Shown: positions 60,766 to 64,000 of the stretch, piece after piece | How the letters are laid out: every line of letters begins with the position of its first letter | Numbering within the stretch: the first letter of the stretch is position 1 | Source of the DNA: Balanoglossus misakiensis | Lineage: Eukaryota; Animalia; Hemichordata | Assembly (NCBI GenBank): GCA_040954595.2 | Contig: CM082582.2 | Coordinates: 10,159,483 to 10,223,482 of the forward strand | Direction of reading: 5' to 3' | Length of the DNA: 64,000 bases | Notes under the pieces: generated by a model | What the model was told of the DNA's origin: nothing | The model's input: the letters and a program-made list of their open reading frames with translations, nothing else | Database searches by the model: none | Made by a program: the position numbers and the translations under genes

Positions 60766-63318
60766 CCGCATAAAAAATGCTGACACAGTTACATAACTGT
60801 CGGAATTTCCGATTATTTTTTTGTCGTAGTTTGCCAGACATTTTGAACATCAAGCGATTCCACACCCGAAAGAATCGTATGTGTGTCAAAGTTATAAAAT
60901 GAAGAGAAGATCACCTCTTGTATCTACAACAGGGATCAAAAGTTCACTTTTATCAAACTTTTCTCGGTCAAATCTCCTCACCGGGGTAAAGGTCATGACC
61001 CCCCCCCCCCGGATGCCCGCGGTGAATCTACATATGCTACGTGACATATTAACATAATATCTTCTTGGAAGGGAAGCCATAGATTCAATCCCGTAGACTT
61101 AGTTTACATCATTTCGGCAGAGATCAAATTCCATTTCATTCATTTTCTAAGTTCTGACAAAGTCGAAGTGTGTCTCTTTGCGTGCACCTAAGGAAACGCG
61201 TCCCTAATCAATTATGAAAACCGATATCCCATCACGAGCTGACAAAGAAGTCATGATAAATAATATTTTAACGTATACTATTTCAGCCGTTGTACGTGCG
61301 TGTTAGGTGCTCTGACGCTAGCAGTAATAAAAAGCGGAATTTTTTTTTCTCAGAAATAAATGATGAAAACGTTGGACTTTCAAAATACAGCGGACTCTTG
61401 CCGGGGGTATCGTTTTCAATCACTTCTTCCCCGCACGAGGCAAACAAGAGACTGACAAACAAGTCTGTCCTTACGTCGTTTTATATGTTTACACGCCTTT
61501 TGTGTACCAGTCTTTGCTCGCCCTTTGTGGCTTACGGCGTTCAGTGTACAATCAGTGAATATCTCGCGAGCATCTCGTCAACTGACGCGGCGAACGTGCC
61601 AGACGTGCCGAGAGATGTAAAGTTAACTCACACTTGATGGTACGGTTCGCGCCATTATCGTGCCAGTGAGCGATACAGAGGGAATTGCTTTCGCTAGTTT
61701 CGCTCTCACCTTGTCTTTGACCTTGACCAGTCATCGCATCAATCTACCTACGCACAAAATTTTATCTCAACTCCCAAAACACATCAAATATCAACATACC
61801 ATGTCCAGGCAGGTAGGCTGGTAGGCAGAGACTTATGATGTTAACACCATGATGTGCATTCGGCACGGGAGCAAAACACAGACTTCCTTTCAGTTTTGAT
61901 CAAGGCCGAAACTATTAATCTAGTACCGAGCAGCGGTATACACACTTTTATTCCATTTACACTTGATAATACCTTTAGGCAGACTAAACAAATATCAGGA
62001 AAATGGAAGTTTAGTCAAAATCCTTGTGCAAAAATTGTTAGAAATTTGCATGATGTCGTGGGGCATCTAAGACGGTGACGCCATTGTCCGCCATCCTGTT
62101 TTCTATAATCTCGCTTGATTTTGCAATTTGTATGTTATGCTTCCGTGCATATTCGCGCGGAAATAACTTTATGTGGCCTCGTCTCTCTGTTGGTCGGCAG
62201 ATGCCGGGGGTAGAAATTGTCTTGCCCCAAGGGCACAGCAACATGGCAACAAAGTCGAGTTTCCAGTGAGCTGCTCTGTCTGGTGGTGGTGAGATTCTTG
62301 ACATTTCATCGAAAGGGGGCGCTCTAGTACAACAATGGCTTGGTGAAGACATGACCACACCTGATCCGTACTCGAAATCCGGCGACCCGAACGGACCATT
62401 GCTGCTATCGTCGGGATCATCGTCACTTGGCCTCTCGTAAATAATAAAACATCAAAAATCACCAGATCTGATGCTGCTTGGAACTTTCGGTAAAAACTGG
62501 TCCAAAGTTCGCGCATATACAGTACAGGTGCGGGTCAGTTCTCATTGAAGCATGCCCGCCAGGTACGGTCAAATGTGCTGCGTACCTTAGAGAACCCTCA
62601 TTTACTAGTTCGTGTGAGATCTGACAAGCAGGCATCTGACCCAGTTCAACTGGACTTATCAGAGTACGATTTCAGTTTTTAAAAATTGGTCCAATAAACG
62701 GATAAATTGGGTGTGAGTATATCATCAATCTATCTCGTAAATATGTTGTAACTTGTTACGAATGTGTGCCAACAGTAAGGGTAATTCTTTCGTCAAAATT
62801 ATTTTTATTCCAAACTGTTCTCCCGTGGTCTGGTCCAGCTGAAAGTCTCTTCATTTCGCATATCATACTCAAGCGAGCAGCAATTGCTTTTAGTTTGTTC
62901 CATTCCATACGTATAGCTGTTAAACATGAGAAGGACATCTCATGTATAGATCGATGAACACAAAGCGCCGCAGCTGTAATTCTCCAAGTTAAAAAAAGTA
63001 CCAGTAAAAATGCCGACCCCTAAAAGAATCGATCTCAAGACGGTATGACGTAACCAACAGCATTTGCAGACTTCTTCGATATTGTTCGTTCGGCAATGAA
63101 TTTTTTTTGACCGGTGTACACACAAAAAACTCTTCTTCGGCTGTCTAGTCTATTGGTAACGGACAGCCATCCATCTATACGATATCACAGAGAGAGCTAA
63201 CGCCGTACCCTGGCCGGTACGCCGAGCAATAACGACCTCGGTGCGATAAATCAGTGACCTCGTTCGACCGGCATACGTCATCCACAGGGACAAACGCCTG
63301 GTGTCAAAGGACGCTGGG

Positions 63319-63407
63319 TATAAACAAGTCTAAAGGTGCACCATAAAACCATGAGCATCAGCACGGCACGTACATTCGAGCTTGCGTCTCCCTGCTAGCA
63401 GGTAAGT
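63319..63407 (+). promoter_or_regulatory. TATA box, short first exon and consensus donor of a gene continuing past the right edge
   Basis: TATAAA at 63319-63324 and a perfect CAG|GTAAGT donor at 63401/63402. The ATG in between hits TAG just before the donor, so the exon is probably 5' UTR. Confidence 0.4.
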
Positions 63408-64000
63408 TGTCCGTTTTTAGCTCGACGTTGTTATAGGCTGCGACGAATCTGGTGTATATTCGCATTCTTGGGTCAACGCACGCAACTGGTCGAACCAGCC
63501 TCGAGACAGCTGGTAATGTATACGTAGACTTTCCAAGGTAGTTGTCGGAAATTTTAAAGTGCCTTAGCTCTTGAAAAATTAATCTAAATTAGTGAATCCT
63601 ATGTGATGCCAACAATTTACTATTAGTGGGGGGGGCGCTTGTGCGGTGCCATCTTCTGTAACGAGGGACCATGTGTCAGTATTGGATGCTTTTGAATACC
63701 AAAGCATACAAAAACAGGCTGGAAGACCTCCTACAAAGCGGTCACCACAACCAACCCATAGAAATCGGAGCAGTGGCCCATTTCCACTGATATATACTCG
63801 TTGGGGTCTGTGCCTTCACTCCATGCATTCAACCAAATCCGTGTTTCTCGGGTGACGATTACAAACGAAAGTTGTCTGGCTGTGAGTTCAGGGGACAAGA
63901 TGTTGTTTCGCAAGTGTCCTATCGGTGTGACGTCATACTGTTAAAAAACGAAAACCAAGGCACATGGGGAATGGGGAACACTTGTTTACAACCTCGATTC

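Noticed and set aside
62038-62516. Overlapping 106-115 aa minus-strand ORFs in a GC-richer patch
   Set aside because: No recognisable domain or convincing splice framework.

Overview
Eukaryotic genomic DNA with short GT-AG introns, probably from an invertebrate deuterostome such as an echinoderm (inferred from protein similarity and gene style, not proven). Exons were spliced by hand with phase checks. Left to right: the 5' six coding exons of SHCBP1 (-, running off the left edge) behind a CCAAT + CDE/CHR cell-cycle promoter; NUDT7 (-, intronless CDS, C-terminal SKL) head-to-head with an 11-exon NFAT5 (+, ~797 aa); a 20-exon LRP-like receptor (+, ~1160 aa; three YWTD propellers, two EGF, one sushi, no LDL-A repeats); a 15-exon METTL3 (+, ~547 aa); a ~14.8-kb array of an 87-bp satellite with higher-order block duplications (source of the long repetitive ORFs); an intronless class A GPCR (-); a putative small-ORF transcript (-) with four paralogous exon copies and an intronic 133-134 bp minisatellite; and a probable first exon of the next gene. 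The most notable hidden element is a box H/ACA RNA in METTL3 intron 4 (33677-33812). Its two pockets match U2 snRNA U58 and U12 snRNA U19, making it a candidate single guide for both spliceosomes, hosted in the m6A-writer gene. The snRNA and orthologue sequences used for comparison are recalled, not searched.
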